From the NCBI GenBank assembly GCA_001189095.1, contig LFCK01000001.1:317159-381158 (forward strand): 64,000 nucleotides of DNA, written 5' to 3'. Shown in pieces: positions 46,953 through 56,460 of this stretch. The DNA comes from Parcubacteria bacterium C7867-001 (lineage in GTDB: Bacteria; Patescibacteriota; Minisyncoccia; Phycocordibacterales; Phycocordibacteraceae). The notes beneath the pieces were generated by a model. The model saw only the letters and a program-made list of their open reading frames with translations. It did not search any database and was not told where the DNA came from. Numbering within the stretch: position 1 is the first letter of the stretch; every line of letters starts with the position of its first letter. Position numbers and translations under genes: made by a program.

Positions 46953-47886
46953 AGCTCATGACGTTAAACGGGACAACTTCGGAAACATCCGCTGAGGCGA
47001 CCTCGAACACGCGAAGCTTCGCGCTTCGTGCACGTGGATTCTGCTTGACCTCAGCAGCGGACGGAACAATTGGCTTCTTCGTAAGCACGGTTCCGTATCC
47101 CTCTTGCGCTGCATCACGGAAAATTGTCTTCACGATACGATCTTCGATGCTGTGGAAAGAGATGACGGCAACGCGACCGCCCGCATTCGTGCGAGCAAGC
47201 GCAGCAGCAAGTCCTTCGCGTATCGCGCCAAACTCATCGTTCACCGCGATGCGCAGTGCTTGAAAGGTCTTCGTTGCTGGATGAATGCGGCGATGGTGGT
47301 ACCACTCCGGCGTCGATGCCTTCACGACGTCGACGAGCGCCGTTGTTGAAAGAATCGGTGCCTGCTCACGAGCCTCGGCAATTCCGCGCGCGATGGAGCG
47401 TGCGAAACGTTCCTCGCCGAGCGAGTAGAGCATGTCAGCGATTGCCTCTTCGGATGCGGTGTTAATGAGATCGGCAGCCGTCGAGCCTTTGCCTTGTCGA
47501 CCGTAAGTCATGAGAAGCGGTTCTTCGTTCTTGAATGAGAAGCCGCGATTCGCTGCAAGCTGGAAACCACTCCAGCCGAGGTCGAAGAGGCTCTTGTCGA
47601 TAGCGCCGATCTGGAGCTTATCGAGAATGGCACCAAGATTCCGGAAATTGTCCTCGACCAAATGCACATTCGGGCCGTCCTCCGAGAGCGTGGCTTCCGC
47701 GCGCAGAAGCGCTTCGCGGTCGGCATCGATGCCGATGAGCGTGCCTTCCTTGCTGAGCTTCTGCTCAAATGCTGAAAAGTGCCCCGCGCCTCCCACGGTC
47801 GCATCAACAACGACATCGCTTGAAGAAACCATGAGCTCATCGATGGCTTCCTTGAGGAACACGGTGTCGTGACGAAGGGTTGTCAT
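46945..47886 (-). CDS. rsmH: 16S rRNA (cytosine1402-N4)-methyltransferase
   Basis: VDATVGGAGH SAM-binding motif; canonical position after mraZ. Confidence 0.9.
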   Translation of the reverse strand: MTTLRHDTVFLKEAIDELMVSSSDVVVDATVGGAGHFSAFEQKLSKEGTLIGIDADREALLRAEATLSEDGPNVHLVEDNFRNLGAILDKLQIGAIDKSLFDLGWSGFQLAANRGFSFKNEEPLLMTYGRQGKGSTAADLINTASEEAIADMLYSLGEERFARSIARGIAEAREQAPILSTTALVDVVKASTPEWYHHRRIHPATKTFQALRIAVNDEFGAIREGLAAALARTNAGGRVAVISFHSIEDRIVKTIFRDAAQEGYGTVLTKKPIVPSAAEVKQNPRARSAKLRVFEVASADVSEVVPFNVMSYA

Positions 47887-47891
47887 AAAAA

Positions 47892-48314
47892 TTAGGAAGC
47901 GAGAGTTTCCGCAAATGCGTCTGCATCGCGCTCAATTGCCTTGGTGTAAGAAAGCCAGTTCTTCTCATCCCAAATTTCGACGCGGTCGGAAACACCGGCC
48001 ACGACCGACTTCACCGAAAGACCGGCGAAATTCTTCAAATAATCGGGAACGAGAACGCGCCCAGCAGTGTCGACATCAGCTTCAACGGCACCCGCAAGCA
48101 TGAGACGCGCGAGACCGCGGCCAGCAGCACCAGCAGCAGAGTGCTGCGCGACTTTCGTCGCCTGCGATTTCCACGAGAGCTTCGGGTACACGAACAAGCA
48201 GTGGTCGAGACCACGCGTAATAACCACCGACCGGCCAAGCTCCTTACGGAACTTGGCCGGCAGTGAAATCCGGTTCTTCGTATCGAACGTGTGTCGGTAT
48301 TCTCCGATAAACAT
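47892..48314 (-). CDS. mraZ: transcriptional regulator MraZ
   Basis: Two DxxxR-type repeats (FDTKNRISLPAKFRKEL and the second half); 140 aa. Confidence 0.9.
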   Translation of the reverse strand: MFIGEYRHTFDTKNRISLPAKFRKELGRSVVITRGLDHCLFVYPKLSWKSQATKVAQHSAAGAAGRGLARLMLAGAVEADVDTAGRVLVPDYLKNFAGLSVKSVVAGVSDRVEIWDEKNWLSYTKAIERDADAFAETLAS

Positions 48315-48365
48315 AAGAAGAGCGGTGGCGGGTGGTTAGGAATCGAGGAAAGAAGAAGAAGACCT

Positions 48366-48400
48366 GACTCCCACTTCATCCCACTAATAGCCCATTATAT
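48366..48400 (-). promoter_or_regulatory. mra promoter region: -10 TATAAT followed by two GTGGGA direct repeats (putative MraZ boxes)
   Basis: The minus-strand read is gtcaTATAATgggctattaGTGGGAtgaaGTGGGAgtc; the repeats are 11 bp apart and lie ~85 nt upstream of the mraZ ATG. Confidence 0.5.
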
Positions 48401-48641
48401 GACACTTCGCCCCACTCCCTCCCCCGAAGTTGTGTGGATAACAATCTCCAGAAAAAGCCGGTTGACGGAACGGGAAAGTACCGTACGATGAAACTCATGT
48501 CATACGCATTCATGCGCGCAGCGATTATTAGCATCGACTCCCCCATAGGTCGGTGATTCGCTGCATCTTTTGTAAAACTCCCCACGAGATATGAAGCGAG
48601 CCCCCGACCGGGGGCTCGCTTCGTTTATAAGGAGAATAACG

Positions 48642-49010
48642 ATGGAAAAGCTTAAGTTCTTTGCGTATTGCATGGATGACCGCGCCTGTAGGGCTCTCGA
48701 CGTGCTGCACGCCTCAGGTGAAGAGTGCGGGATTGCAGGAGGCTATCCGGACTTCAAAGATGACCTGCGCGACGGCTACGGCCTCGTCGCACTCTTCTCG
48801 GGAAGCGACGCATGGCCCAAACGGCATGCCTACCTCCTCGAGAAAGACAGCAAGCATTCAGATCTGATCCCCGAGTGGACGAAGGACTGCCAGTACCTAA
48901 TCGCGCTTCGCACGACCTCGGCGCTCTCGCGTTCCTTTGTACTCGGAACGCTGGCAGTACCGCGTATCGTCCAAAAACATATCGCGCTCTCCCCTCGTCT
49001 GTGTGTATAA
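48642..49010 (+). CDS. hypothetical protein
   Basis: Start moved to the ATG with strong RBS ataaggaga; terminators on both flanks (48595-48625 and 49003-49032); 122 aa. Confidence 0.5.
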   Translation: MEKLKFFAYCMDDRACRALDVLHASGEECGIAGGYPDFKDDLRDGYGLVALFSGSDAWPKRHAYLLEKDSKHSDLIPEWTKDCQYLIALRTTSALSRSFVLGTLAVPRIVQKHIALSPRLCV

Positions 49011-49032
49011 CAAAAAGCGACTCGATTCGAGT
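49003..49032. terminator. bidirectional terminator
   Basis: aaaaagcgactcg-attc-gagtcgctttttt. Confidence 0.7.
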
Positions 49033-49039
49033 CGCTTTT

Positions 49040-50629
49040 TTATTGCACCTCGCTCAACCGAGCAAGCAGAAAGTCTTGTGGGAGGACGGAAAGGAACCAG
49101 CCCGCTTTCGGTCCTGAATCGCGATTGAGAAACAGTCGATAGATGGCTGTGAAAAGTTCCTTGGGCTCTATCGGCACTTCGGATTTAAGCTCGTGGAGTC
49201 GCGCGTGGAACTCGTCGCCCGTATGTGTTCCAGCTTCAACAAAGGCTCGTAGTAACGAGATGGCCTTCTTTTGCGCATCAGTGAACTCAAATCCTTCGGG
49301 AAGAGTGTTTTGCAATTCATATTTATAGCGTTCAGGTGCATAGGCGCCGAGCCAGAACTTCGCATAGCGCGCACGCTCTTCAAGAAGCGTGAGCTCTTCT
49401 TCGGTGAGAGGAGCACCCTTCACGGCAGCCGCTTCAGTCGCGAGCACCAGATGCGGCATCTGTACGATGAAAGCGACCTGCGAGAAGCGCATCTGCCATG
49501 GTGCGCCCGCATCCGCCTGATTCTCCGGAAGCTGCGAAAGCTCGAACATGCGCGTGAAGTCGTCCGCGATTCCCTGTCGCACTTTCTCAGCGCAATCGTC
49601 GTACGCGTCGTAGAGGCGCGGTACGGAATCGCCTTCAGGATCAACGTCGATCTGCTGGCCGTACTCTTTGCTGACGAGAAGGAAACGGAAGAGCGCGGGC
49701 GGGAATAGCTCACTCATATCGTGCGCGGAGGAGCCGCGACCTTTCGAGGACGACATCTTCTTTCCGCCGACGAGGAAGAACTCGTACGGGATGTCGAATG
49801 GAGGCTCGTAGTTGAAAATTTCGCGTGCAATATGATTTGCTACGTCACGCGAACCGCCCTTCGTTGAGTGGTCCTTACCGCCCCCTTCAACCTTTACCTG
49901 CATCGCAACCCACTTTGCCGCCCAGTCGACTTTCCAATGGAGCTTTGCGTTCCCTTTCCACGGCGCAATACGTCCTGTATGTCCGCAAGAACGCGTATCG
50001 TCCGGATTCTGATTACATGCATACGCAACCGTTTCGCCGTCGAAGTCAGAGGTACTCGTTGTGCGAATTTTTCCACAACTCTCACAAATGACGGTGACCG
50101 GAAGCCATCCCTCGGCCTTTACCGAACCAGACACTTCTTTGTAGATACGACGCACGTCCGCAGCCTTGGTAAGCGCTAAACGAATGCATTCATCCATTTT
50201 TCCTGCCGCATACAAGTCTTTGTGCGTCCGATAATACACTGGAGTAAAGCCGGCCTTCTGATGCACCGCGATAAACTCCGCACCAAAATATTCTGCATAA
50301 TTGTCAAAGCCCGCCTCCGGCGAAGGAACTTTGTGGAGTGGCTTTCCGAGATGCTCCTTGAACTTTTCCTGATCGAGATAGCCCGGAACCGTATCAAAAT
50401 CGTCAAAATCGTTAAGCTCGTAGAAGTACGTATTCGGAATTCCGTAGCTTGCCAGCAGCTCACTCTCAAGTCCATGAATAGCCACACCGCGCATGGAACC
50501 GATATGGACGCGACCTGAGAGCGTCTTCTCATCGCGGATGATAAGCGGTTTCTCGGCGGTCGCTTCCTTGGCCGCCTTGGTTTCCTGTATTTCTTTGGCT
50601 ATCCGGTCTGCCCAAAACATATTCCGCAT
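49040..50629 (-). CDS. lysK: lysyl-tRNA synthetase, class I (archaeal-type LysRS-I)
   Basis: 529 aa; the Rossmann-fold class I HIGH-like region is GRVHIGSMRG and the KMSKS region is KMSSSKG; zinc-binding Cys cluster CESCGK...CGH. Confidence 0.85.
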   Translation of the reverse strand: MRNMFWADRIAKEIQETKAAKEATAEKPLIIRDEKTLSGRVHIGSMRGVAIHGLESELLASYGIPNTYFYELNDFDDFDTVPGYLDQEKFKEHLGKPLHKVPSPEAGFDNYAEYFGAEFIAVHQKAGFTPVYYRTHKDLYAAGKMDECIRLALTKAADVRRIYKEVSGSVKAEGWLPVTVICESCGKIRTTSTSDFDGETVAYACNQNPDDTRSCGHTGRIAPWKGNAKLHWKVDWAAKWVAMQVKVEGGGKDHSTKGGSRDVANHIAREIFNYEPPFDIPYEFFLVGGKKMSSSKGRGSSAHDMSELFPPALFRFLLVSKEYGQQIDVDPEGDSVPRLYDAYDDCAEKVRQGIADDFTRMFELSQLPENQADAGAPWQMRFSQVAFIVQMPHLVLATEAAAVKGAPLTEEELTLLEERARYAKFWLGAYAPERYKYELQNTLPEGFEFTDAQKKAISLLRAFVEAGTHTGDEFHARLHELKSEVPIEPKELFTAIYRLFLNRDSGPKAGWFLSVLPQDFLLARLSEVQ

Positions 50630-50667
50630 CCTATCACGAAACGGCCCCGCTTCGCGGGGCCGTTTTC

Positions 50668-51138
50668 TTAGCTGACTTTCTGGATAGTATACGTTTGCTT
50701 TCCTCCCGGAGTCTCGAAGGTGAAGACGTCACCCTTCTTTTTATTCATGAGCGCAGCGCCGAGCGGCGATACGTGGGAAAGTTTGCGAGCACGCATGTCC
50801 GCTTCCTCGCTGCCGACGATGATGTATTCATGCGAGTCCTTGCTTCCCTCTTTCGAAATGGTGACGGTTGAACCGAAACCAACAACGCCCTTCTTCGCGC
50901 CATCCGAAACTATTTTCGCGCGCTTCACGAGCTCCTCGAGCTTGCGGATACGCTCCTCAGTTGCCGCTTGAAGCTCACGAGCTTCCTGATATTCGGCATT
51001 TTCCGAAAGGTCGCCAAGACTGCGCGCATATTCGAGATTCTTTGCGATCTCAGTGCGGCGGGTGGTCTTGAGCTCTTCGAGCTCCTTCACCATCTCATCG
51101 AATTTCTCTTGGCTGACAACAGTCTCCTGGTCGGTCAT
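50668..51138 (-). CDS. greA: transcription elongation factor GreA
   Basis: Start moved to MTDQETVV...; coiled-coil N-terminus and FKBP-like C-terminus (SPLGAALMNKKKGD). Confidence 0.85.
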   Translation of the reverse strand: MTDQETVVSQEKFDEMVKELEELKTTRRTEIAKNLEYARSLGDLSENAEYQEARELQAATEERIRKLEELVKRAKIVSDGAKKGVVGFGSTVTISKEGSKDSHEYIIVGSEEADMRARKLSHVSPLGAALMNKKKGDVFTFETPGGKQTYTIQKVS

Positions 51139-51249
51139 GGGTAACGGGTTATAGGCAATTAGTCTCCGTATTGTACGGGAGCGCGCCTTGGCGTCAAATG
51201 GAGGACCATTCAAGAGCGAGGACACCTGAAGAATGAGCCTCGGAGCGGA

Positions 51250-51346
51250 GGTGACATGAATGGCGCATGGCGAATAGAAAAATTGAAATGTCTGAGCGAA
51301 GCGAGTTTTTCAATTTTTCGTTTTGAGCCGCGCCATTCATGTCACC
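51250..51346. repeat. 97-nt double-stem inverted repeat (17-bp perfect outer IR plus 12-bp perfect inner IR)
   Basis: ggtgacatgaatggcgc (51250-51266) pairs with gcgccattcatgtcacc (51330-51346); inner gaaaaattgaaa pairs with tttcaatttttc; located between the mrdA stop and the greA start. Confidence 0.7.
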
Positions 51347-51388
51347 GAGAGCGACTCTTCGCTCTTTCTTCTGGTGTCCGAGCGACCC

Positions 51389-53056
51389 TTATTCGAAGTA
51401 ATCGGGAGCGAGCTCATGCAGCTTTGAGAGTGCATTGTGCGTCGCATAAATCCCGCCGATTGAATTTCCTGAAGGACCTTTTTCCATCACGACGACATAC
51501 ACGTATTTCGGATGCTCATACGGGAAGAAGCCGACCGCCCATGAGTTGTAAAACTCGTTATGAAAACCAAGCTGCGCAGTTCCCGTCTTCCCCGCAAGAT
51601 GCACGAACGACAAATCATTGAGACCAAGCGAGGTTCCTTCGGTTGCGCCAAGCCGCATACCTTCGCGTGCTATCTGGAGCGCCTCAGCGTCAACCGGAAT
51701 GGAAGAGCCTTGGAGTGGCTGATCCTTGAGAATGGTCGGCTTCACCAGCTTCCCACCGTTCGCGATTGCAGCGATGGCGCGCGCCATCTCAAGCGGCGTC
51801 ACCTGCATCGCATACTGCCCGATACCCGTGTGGTAGGTATCTCCGATACGCCACGGATCGTCATACGTCTTCTCTTTCCATGCTGGATCAGGGACGAAGC
51901 CGCTCGCCTCGCGTGAAAGCTCGATGCCGGTCGGCTGGGTGAGTCCGAACGTCTCATACCAGTATTTAAGCCGATCAATGCCAAGACCTTTTTGTCCGCC
52001 AAATCCACCCGTAATTGTGTAGAAGTAAACGTCGGAGGACCACGCAATAGCGTGACGCACATCCATGGTACCGAGTGCCTTCCAGTCCTTAAAGATGGAG
52101 GGGTGCGCCGGATCATACGGATTCGGTACGGAAATCGAACCGCTTGAATACACCGAGAATTCAGGAGTCATGAGCTTATCGGTGAGCGCTCCAGCGGCAA
52201 TGAGCGGTTTTACCACCGAACCGGGCGTATAGAGGCCTGAGACCGCGCGATCAAGATACGGCTGACGCGAACTCGACTGATATGACGCGATGACGTTAGA
52301 TGGCCCGCCACTTGCGAGCACGTTCGGATCGTATTCAGGATATGACACGAGTGCATGTATCTCTCCCGTGTTCACATCCATAAGAACAGCGGACCCGCCT
52401 TGAAACGGGATCTTGTCGGCAAGATGGGAGATAGCGTAGGAAAAAGCTTCTTGCGCACGCGCATCGATAGCGAGCGATATCGACGAGCCATTCTCAGGAG
52501 GGATCACGCTTCCTTGCGACTGAATGGTTCCGCGCGCATCTTCTTCCACAAGAAGCGTGCCGTTCTTTCCCGCAAGCTGATCGTCGAACGTTGCCTCTAC
52601 GCCAGCAAGTCCGGTAATAGTGGTGTCGTAATAGTGTCCGGAAGCATCCTTTTTCGGATACGAGACGTATCCCAAGAGATGCGCGAACCCTGGCGTTTTG
52701 TACACACGCTCGACCCGCCCGTCGTCCGCCATCGAGTTGCCAATGAGCGTCACGCCGTTTCGATCAAGCACCGCACCGCGTTCCGCGAAGATGACGTCCG
52801 GACGCAAACGATTCGATTCGCTGCGTTTCGCGTAGGTTGCGCCTTGGACGAGCTCAAGATTCCCCGCCTGAACGACAAAGATGCCGAGTATGAATATGAG
52901 CACCAGCCCGATGCCCGCGAACGTGGAGTTTGAAATCGGACGTTCAAGCTTTCCCTCAAGTCTCGATGCATCGAAATCAGGCTGATTCGATGCGTCGAGA
53001 AATATTTCGTCCGGCGCAAGTTCCTTATCTTTGAAACGACGCTTCAAGAACCTCAT
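51389..53056 (-). CDS. mrdA: penicillin-binding protein 2 (elongation transpeptidase)
   Basis: SVVKP (SxxK) and KTGTA motifs; lies downstream of mreBCD. Confidence 0.85.
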   Translation of the reverse strand: MRFLKRRFKDKELAPDEIFLDASNQPDFDASRLEGKLERPISNSTFAGIGLVLIFILGIFVVQAGNLELVQGATYAKRSESNRLRPDVIFAERGAVLDRNGVTLIGNSMADDGRVERVYKTPGFAHLLGYVSYPKKDASGHYYDTTITGLAGVEATFDDQLAGKNGTLLVEEDARGTIQSQGSVIPPENGSSISLAIDARAQEAFSYAISHLADKIPFQGGSAVLMDVNTGEIHALVSYPEYDPNVLASGGPSNVIASYQSSSRQPYLDRAVSGLYTPGSVVKPLIAAGALTDKLMTPEFSVYSSGSISVPNPYDPAHPSIFKDWKALGTMDVRHAIAWSSDVYFYTITGGFGGQKGLGIDRLKYWYETFGLTQPTGIELSREASGFVPDPAWKEKTYDDPWRIGDTYHTGIGQYAMQVTPLEMARAIAAIANGGKLVKPTILKDQPLQGSSIPVDAEALQIAREGMRLGATEGTSLGLNDLSFVHLAGKTGTAQLGFHNEFYNSWAVGFFPYEHPKYVYVVVMEKGPSGNSIGGIYATHNALSKLHELAPDYFE

Positions 53057-53301
53057 GGAGCCATGATACGCGCTTTCGCGAATCCTCGCATGAAGAACGC
53101 GACAAGTGCGATAGCGACGCCGATGAGCGTTGCAAGCGGATACCCACTACCGGGGTAATAGAGCGCATCGGCAATAAGACCGACGACAAGCGCCACCGGC
53201 GGATAGACGAGCGCCGCTGCGAATGAGAGCGCGCCACTTAACGGACTTGGGAATATAAACGGGGAGAGGAGCGCAAGGAAAATAAGACTTGCGCGCATCA
53301 T
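53053..53301 (-). CDS. mreD: rod shape-determining protein MreD-like
   Basis: 82-aa polytopic membrane protein between mreC and mrdA. Confidence 0.5.
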   Translation of the reverse strand: MMRASLIFLALLSPFIFPSPLSGALSFAAALVYPPVALVVGLIADALYYPGSGYPLATLIGVAIALVAFFMRGFAKARIMAP

Positions 53302-54086
53302 AGAGAGTTTTCAGGAAGCACGAGCACTTCAGTGAGCGTGAACGGATTAACGAATGGCTGGATGCGAACCTGCTCCGACGGCGACGAAGGATTGGTATCG
53401 ATGCGAAGCACGGTACCAAACGGCACTCCGCCCGGCGCGATGAACACCGTGTCGCCCACGACGATTTTTGCGTCTTTCGGAAGTTCAGCCGCAAATGTTC
53501 CAGCTCCTTCACCAATAAGGGTTACCGGCACCTTCCCTGTCCCAATCCATGCAACGGAAGCGTGTCCTGACAACGAGAAGAGCGAGACGCGAGACGAATG
53601 CGCAGAAGCGCTTTCGATGATTCCTACAGGAATGCCGCCTGAAGCCGTTACGAACGCACCTTGCGCAACACCGTCTGCATTTCCTTTCGCAAGCAGAAGG
53701 ATGTCATACGGTGTAATGGGTGGACGAGCCACGACGCCAGCGATGACACCGACGCCAGCCGCACGATTCCCAAGGAGGACGGTGCGAACCGCAAGTTCAG
53801 AGGAAAGACGACGGTTCTCATTGGTAAGAGCATCGACTTCAGTGCGCAAGCGGTCACGCTCTTCAATAAGAGAGCGTGAGCTTTCGAGCGAGGAAAGACC
53901 GATATGGAGCTCGTTGGTTGCGAACGAACCAAAGTTCAAGAAGGGCGACGCGAGAAAAAAGAACGCGTCCGGAGCCGCAGCGCGTAGTATCACGAAAATA
54001 AGAACAACGACTCCCGCTCCGATACCGATGAGCGTCGATCTCGAAATGAGTCCTCCTCTAGCTCTTTGAAATGATAGCTTCTTCAT
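53298..54086 (-). CDS. mreC: rod shape-determining protein MreC
   Basis: N-terminal TM, coiled coil, beta-rich C-terminal domains; the annotated start overlaps the mreB stop by ~29 nt, so the start is uncertain. Confidence 0.75.
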   Translation of the reverse strand: MKKLSFQRARGGLISRSTLIGIGAGVVVLIFVILRAAAPDAFFFLASPFLNFGSFATNELHIGLSSLESSRSLIEERDRLRTEVDALTNENRRLSSELAVRTVLLGNRAAGVGVIAGVVARPPITPYDILLLAKGNADGVAQGAFVTASGGIPVGIIESASAHSSRVSLFSLSGHASVAWIGTGKVPVTLIGEGAGTFAAELPKDAKIVVGDTVFIAPGGVPFGTVLRIDTNPSSPSEQVRIQPFVNPFTLTEVLVLPENSL

Positions 54087-55113
54087 GCATAAACATATCG
54101 CCCCACACCTGCGGATTTTCGGTCACGATACCCGTCCCGCGCACGACCGCCGTCAACGGGTCGGGTGCAACGTGTACGGGCACGCCGAGCATTTTCGAAA
54201 GGAGTTCTGGGAGGCCGCGCAGAAGCGCGCCGCCACCGAAGACGGTTACGCCGCGCTCAAGGACGTCTGAAAGGAGTTCCGGTGGAGTCTTCTCGATGAC
54301 CTCCTTCATCGCCTCCATGAGTGTATCAAGCGAAGATTGAAGCGCTTCACGCACATGCGCATCCGTCATGATGACCTCACGCGGGAGTCCCGTAGCAAGA
54401 TCGCGGCCACGCACCGGACGCGAGAGCGTCTCTTCGAGCGGAAGTACCGCACCAATGCCGATCTTCACATCTTCTGCTGTTCGTTCGCCTATCGCGAGCT
54501 GGAATTCGCTGCGCACGAAGTCGATGATGTTGTCGTTGAAGCGATCGCCAGCAACATGCGAACTCTTCGACGCAACGGGACCGCCAAGTGCAATGACCGC
54601 GATGTCGGTTGTTCCGCCGCCGATATCAAGCACCATGGTGCCGATGGCTTCCATAATAGGAAGTTTTGCACCAATGGCGCCAGCAACTGGCTCTTCAACG
54701 ATAAACACTTCGCGAGCTCCTGCAGTAATAGCCGCATCGCGCACCGCTCTCGATTCGACGTTCGTAACGCCTGTCGGCACGCCGACAACCACGCGCGGAC
54801 CGAAGAGTCGTGTGCGTTCGCCCTGCGCTTTTTGTATGAGGTACGCAAGCAATTCCTGCGTGACCTCGAAATCTGAAATCACGCCGTGGGAAAGCGGGCG
54901 AACAGCGCGAATATGCGGCGGCGTCTTGCCAAGCATTACTTTTGCTCCCTGCCCCACCGCAACCACCTGCCCCGTCTTTTCATTCACCGCAACGACTGAG
55001 GGTTCGGAAAGGACGATACCGCGGCCACGCACATACACGAGCGTGTTCGCTGTCCCAAGGTCGATGCCGATGTCGTTTGAGAAGAGAGAGTTTTTCGCGA
55101 GCTTCTTGACCAT
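54058..55113 (-). CDS. mreB: rod shape-determining protein MreB (actin homologue)
   Basis: GIDLGTANTLVYV phosphate-1 and DIGGGTTDIAV phosphate-2 motifs; start set to MVKKLAKNSLFSN. Confidence 0.9.
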   Translation of the reverse strand: MVKKLAKNSLFSNDIGIDLGTANTLVYVRGRGIVLSEPSVVAVNEKTGQVVAVGQGAKVMLGKTPPHIRAVRPLSHGVISDFEVTQELLAYLIQKAQGERTRLFGPRVVVGVPTGVTNVESRAVRDAAITAGAREVFIVEEPVAGAIGAKLPIMEAIGTMVLDIGGGTTDIAVIALGGPVASKSSHVAGDRFNDNIIDFVRSEFQLAIGERTAEDVKIGIGAVLPLEETLSRPVRGRDLATGLPREVIMTDAHVREALQSSLDTLMEAMKEVIEKTPPELLSDVLERGVTVFGGGALLRGLPELLSKMLGVPVHVAPDPLTAVVRGTGIVTENPQVWGDMFMHEEAIISKS

Positions 55114-55117
55114 ATAC

Positions 55118-56356
55118 CTACCACGCAAGAAGCGTTTCCTTCGTAACCTTTTCCATCTGTCCGGTCGCTCGATGGACGAGCTCTACTTCGCCCTTAGCTA
55201 CCGAATCTTTTCCGACAATGACGCGTGCCGGAATGCCGATGAGATCAGCGTCTGCGAATTTCTCGCCCGCACGCACGGAGCGATCATCGTAGAGAACCTT
55301 CTTTCCTTTCTTCGAGAGATCCTCGTAGAGCGAATCAGCAAAAGCAACCGATGCAGCGTCATCTGTGGTGAGCACAAGAAGATGCACGTCATATGGCGCA
55401 ATAGCTTCCGGCCACGAGAGTCCTTTTTCATCCGAAAGAGTTTCGGCAATAACACCCATGAGTCGCGTAATGCCGATGCCGTAGCAGCCCATGATGGGAA
55501 GCTGATCCTTTCCTTCCGCATCCTTGTAGGAGAAACCGAAATCACGCGCGTATTTCTGGCCGAGATCAAAGACGTTCCCGACTTCCGACGCCTTCGCTTT
55601 CTTCAACGTTCCCTTGCCGCACTTCGGGCAAGAATCCCCTTCCTTTTCTTTTGCGACCTCAACGTTCGCACAGTGCGTGCATGCTTCGCAGTAGAGGATA
55701 TCGTCCTCACCTGCGTCCGTAATGACCATGAACTCATAGGAGAGCTTCTCACTGAAGGAGCCGCCGGAGGCTTCTGTCACCTTCGCCACGAGTCCGCAGC
55801 GTGAGTACACACGCAGATAAGCTTCCTTCGCACGCTCGTAGAACTTCTCAAAATCTTCCTGCGAAGTATGGAAGCTATACATATCCTTCATGCCGAATTC
55901 GCGCCCGCGCATGATGCCGGACTTCGCACGCAGCTCATCGCGATACTTCTGACCGATCTGATAGATGGCGACCGGAAGATCTTTATAGGAAGGTGCGTAC
56001 TCTTGCGCGATAGGCGTTACGATTTCTTCCTCGCTCTGGCCAAGCGCGTATTCCTTTTCGGTGCGGCTTTGAATTTTGAAGAGCACATCAACGTTCTCCC
56101 ATGCGCCCGTTTGCTTCCATGGCTCGGATGGATGGAGGGTTGCCATGCGGATTTCCTGTCCGCCGACCGCGTCCATTTCTTCACGCACGATATCTTCTAT
56201 TTTTTTGAGAACACGCAGGCCAAGTGGGAGAAAGGAATACACGCCTGCCATTTCTTTATGCACGAATCCCGCGCGGATGAGGAGCTGCGCGTTCTTCGCA
56301 GTTTCGTCCGCAGGCGCTTCGCGCCTGGTCTTGGTGAAGAGCTGTGATTGCCGCAT
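55118..56356 (-). CDS. proS: prolyl-tRNA synthetase, bacterial-like but lacking the INS editing domain and carrying a Cys4 zinc-ribbon insert
   Basis: Class II motifs; N-terminus QLFTKTRREAPADETAKNAQLLIRAGF; only 412 aa; CEACTHC...CPKCGKG. Confidence 0.8.
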   Translation of the reverse strand: MRQSQLFTKTRREAPADETAKNAQLLIRAGFVHKEMAGVYSFLPLGLRVLKKIEDIVREEMDAVGGQEIRMATLHPSEPWKQTGAWENVDVLFKIQSRTEKEYALGQSEEEIVTPIAQEYAPSYKDLPVAIYQIGQKYRDELRAKSGIMRGREFGMKDMYSFHTSQEDFEKFYERAKEAYLRVYSRCGLVAKVTEASGGSFSEKLSYEFMVITDAGEDDILYCEACTHCANVEVAKEKEGDSCPKCGKGTLKKAKASEVGNVFDLGQKYARDFGFSYKDAEGKDQLPIMGCYGIGITRLMGVIAETLSDEKGLSWPEAIAPYDVHLLVLTTDDAASVAFADSLYEDLSKKGKKVLYDDRSVRAGEKFADADLIGIPARVIVGKDSVAKGEVELVHRATGQMEKVTKETLLAW

Positions 56357-56398
56357 CAGACCATTCTATAGGATAGTCGCGGCCTGTGCGAGAGAATA

Positions 56399-56427
56399 TT
56401 GACAATGTATATGTAAAGTGATATAAT
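56399..56427 (+). promoter_or_regulatory. perfect consensus sigma-70 promoter TTGACA-17-TATAAT
   Basis: ttgaca at 56399-56404, a 17-nt spacer, tataat at 56422-56427; ~30 nt upstream of the RBS/ATG of the 56461 gene. Confidence 0.6.
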
Positions 56428-56460
56428 CTAAAATAGGTTCAACTCAACACGGAGGCATGC

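Noticed and set aside
51256-51621. 121-aa plus-strand ORF spanning the long hairpin
   Set aside because: It starts inside the inverted repeat, overlaps the 3' end of mrdA on the opposite strand and has no RBS. It is an artefact of the palindrome.
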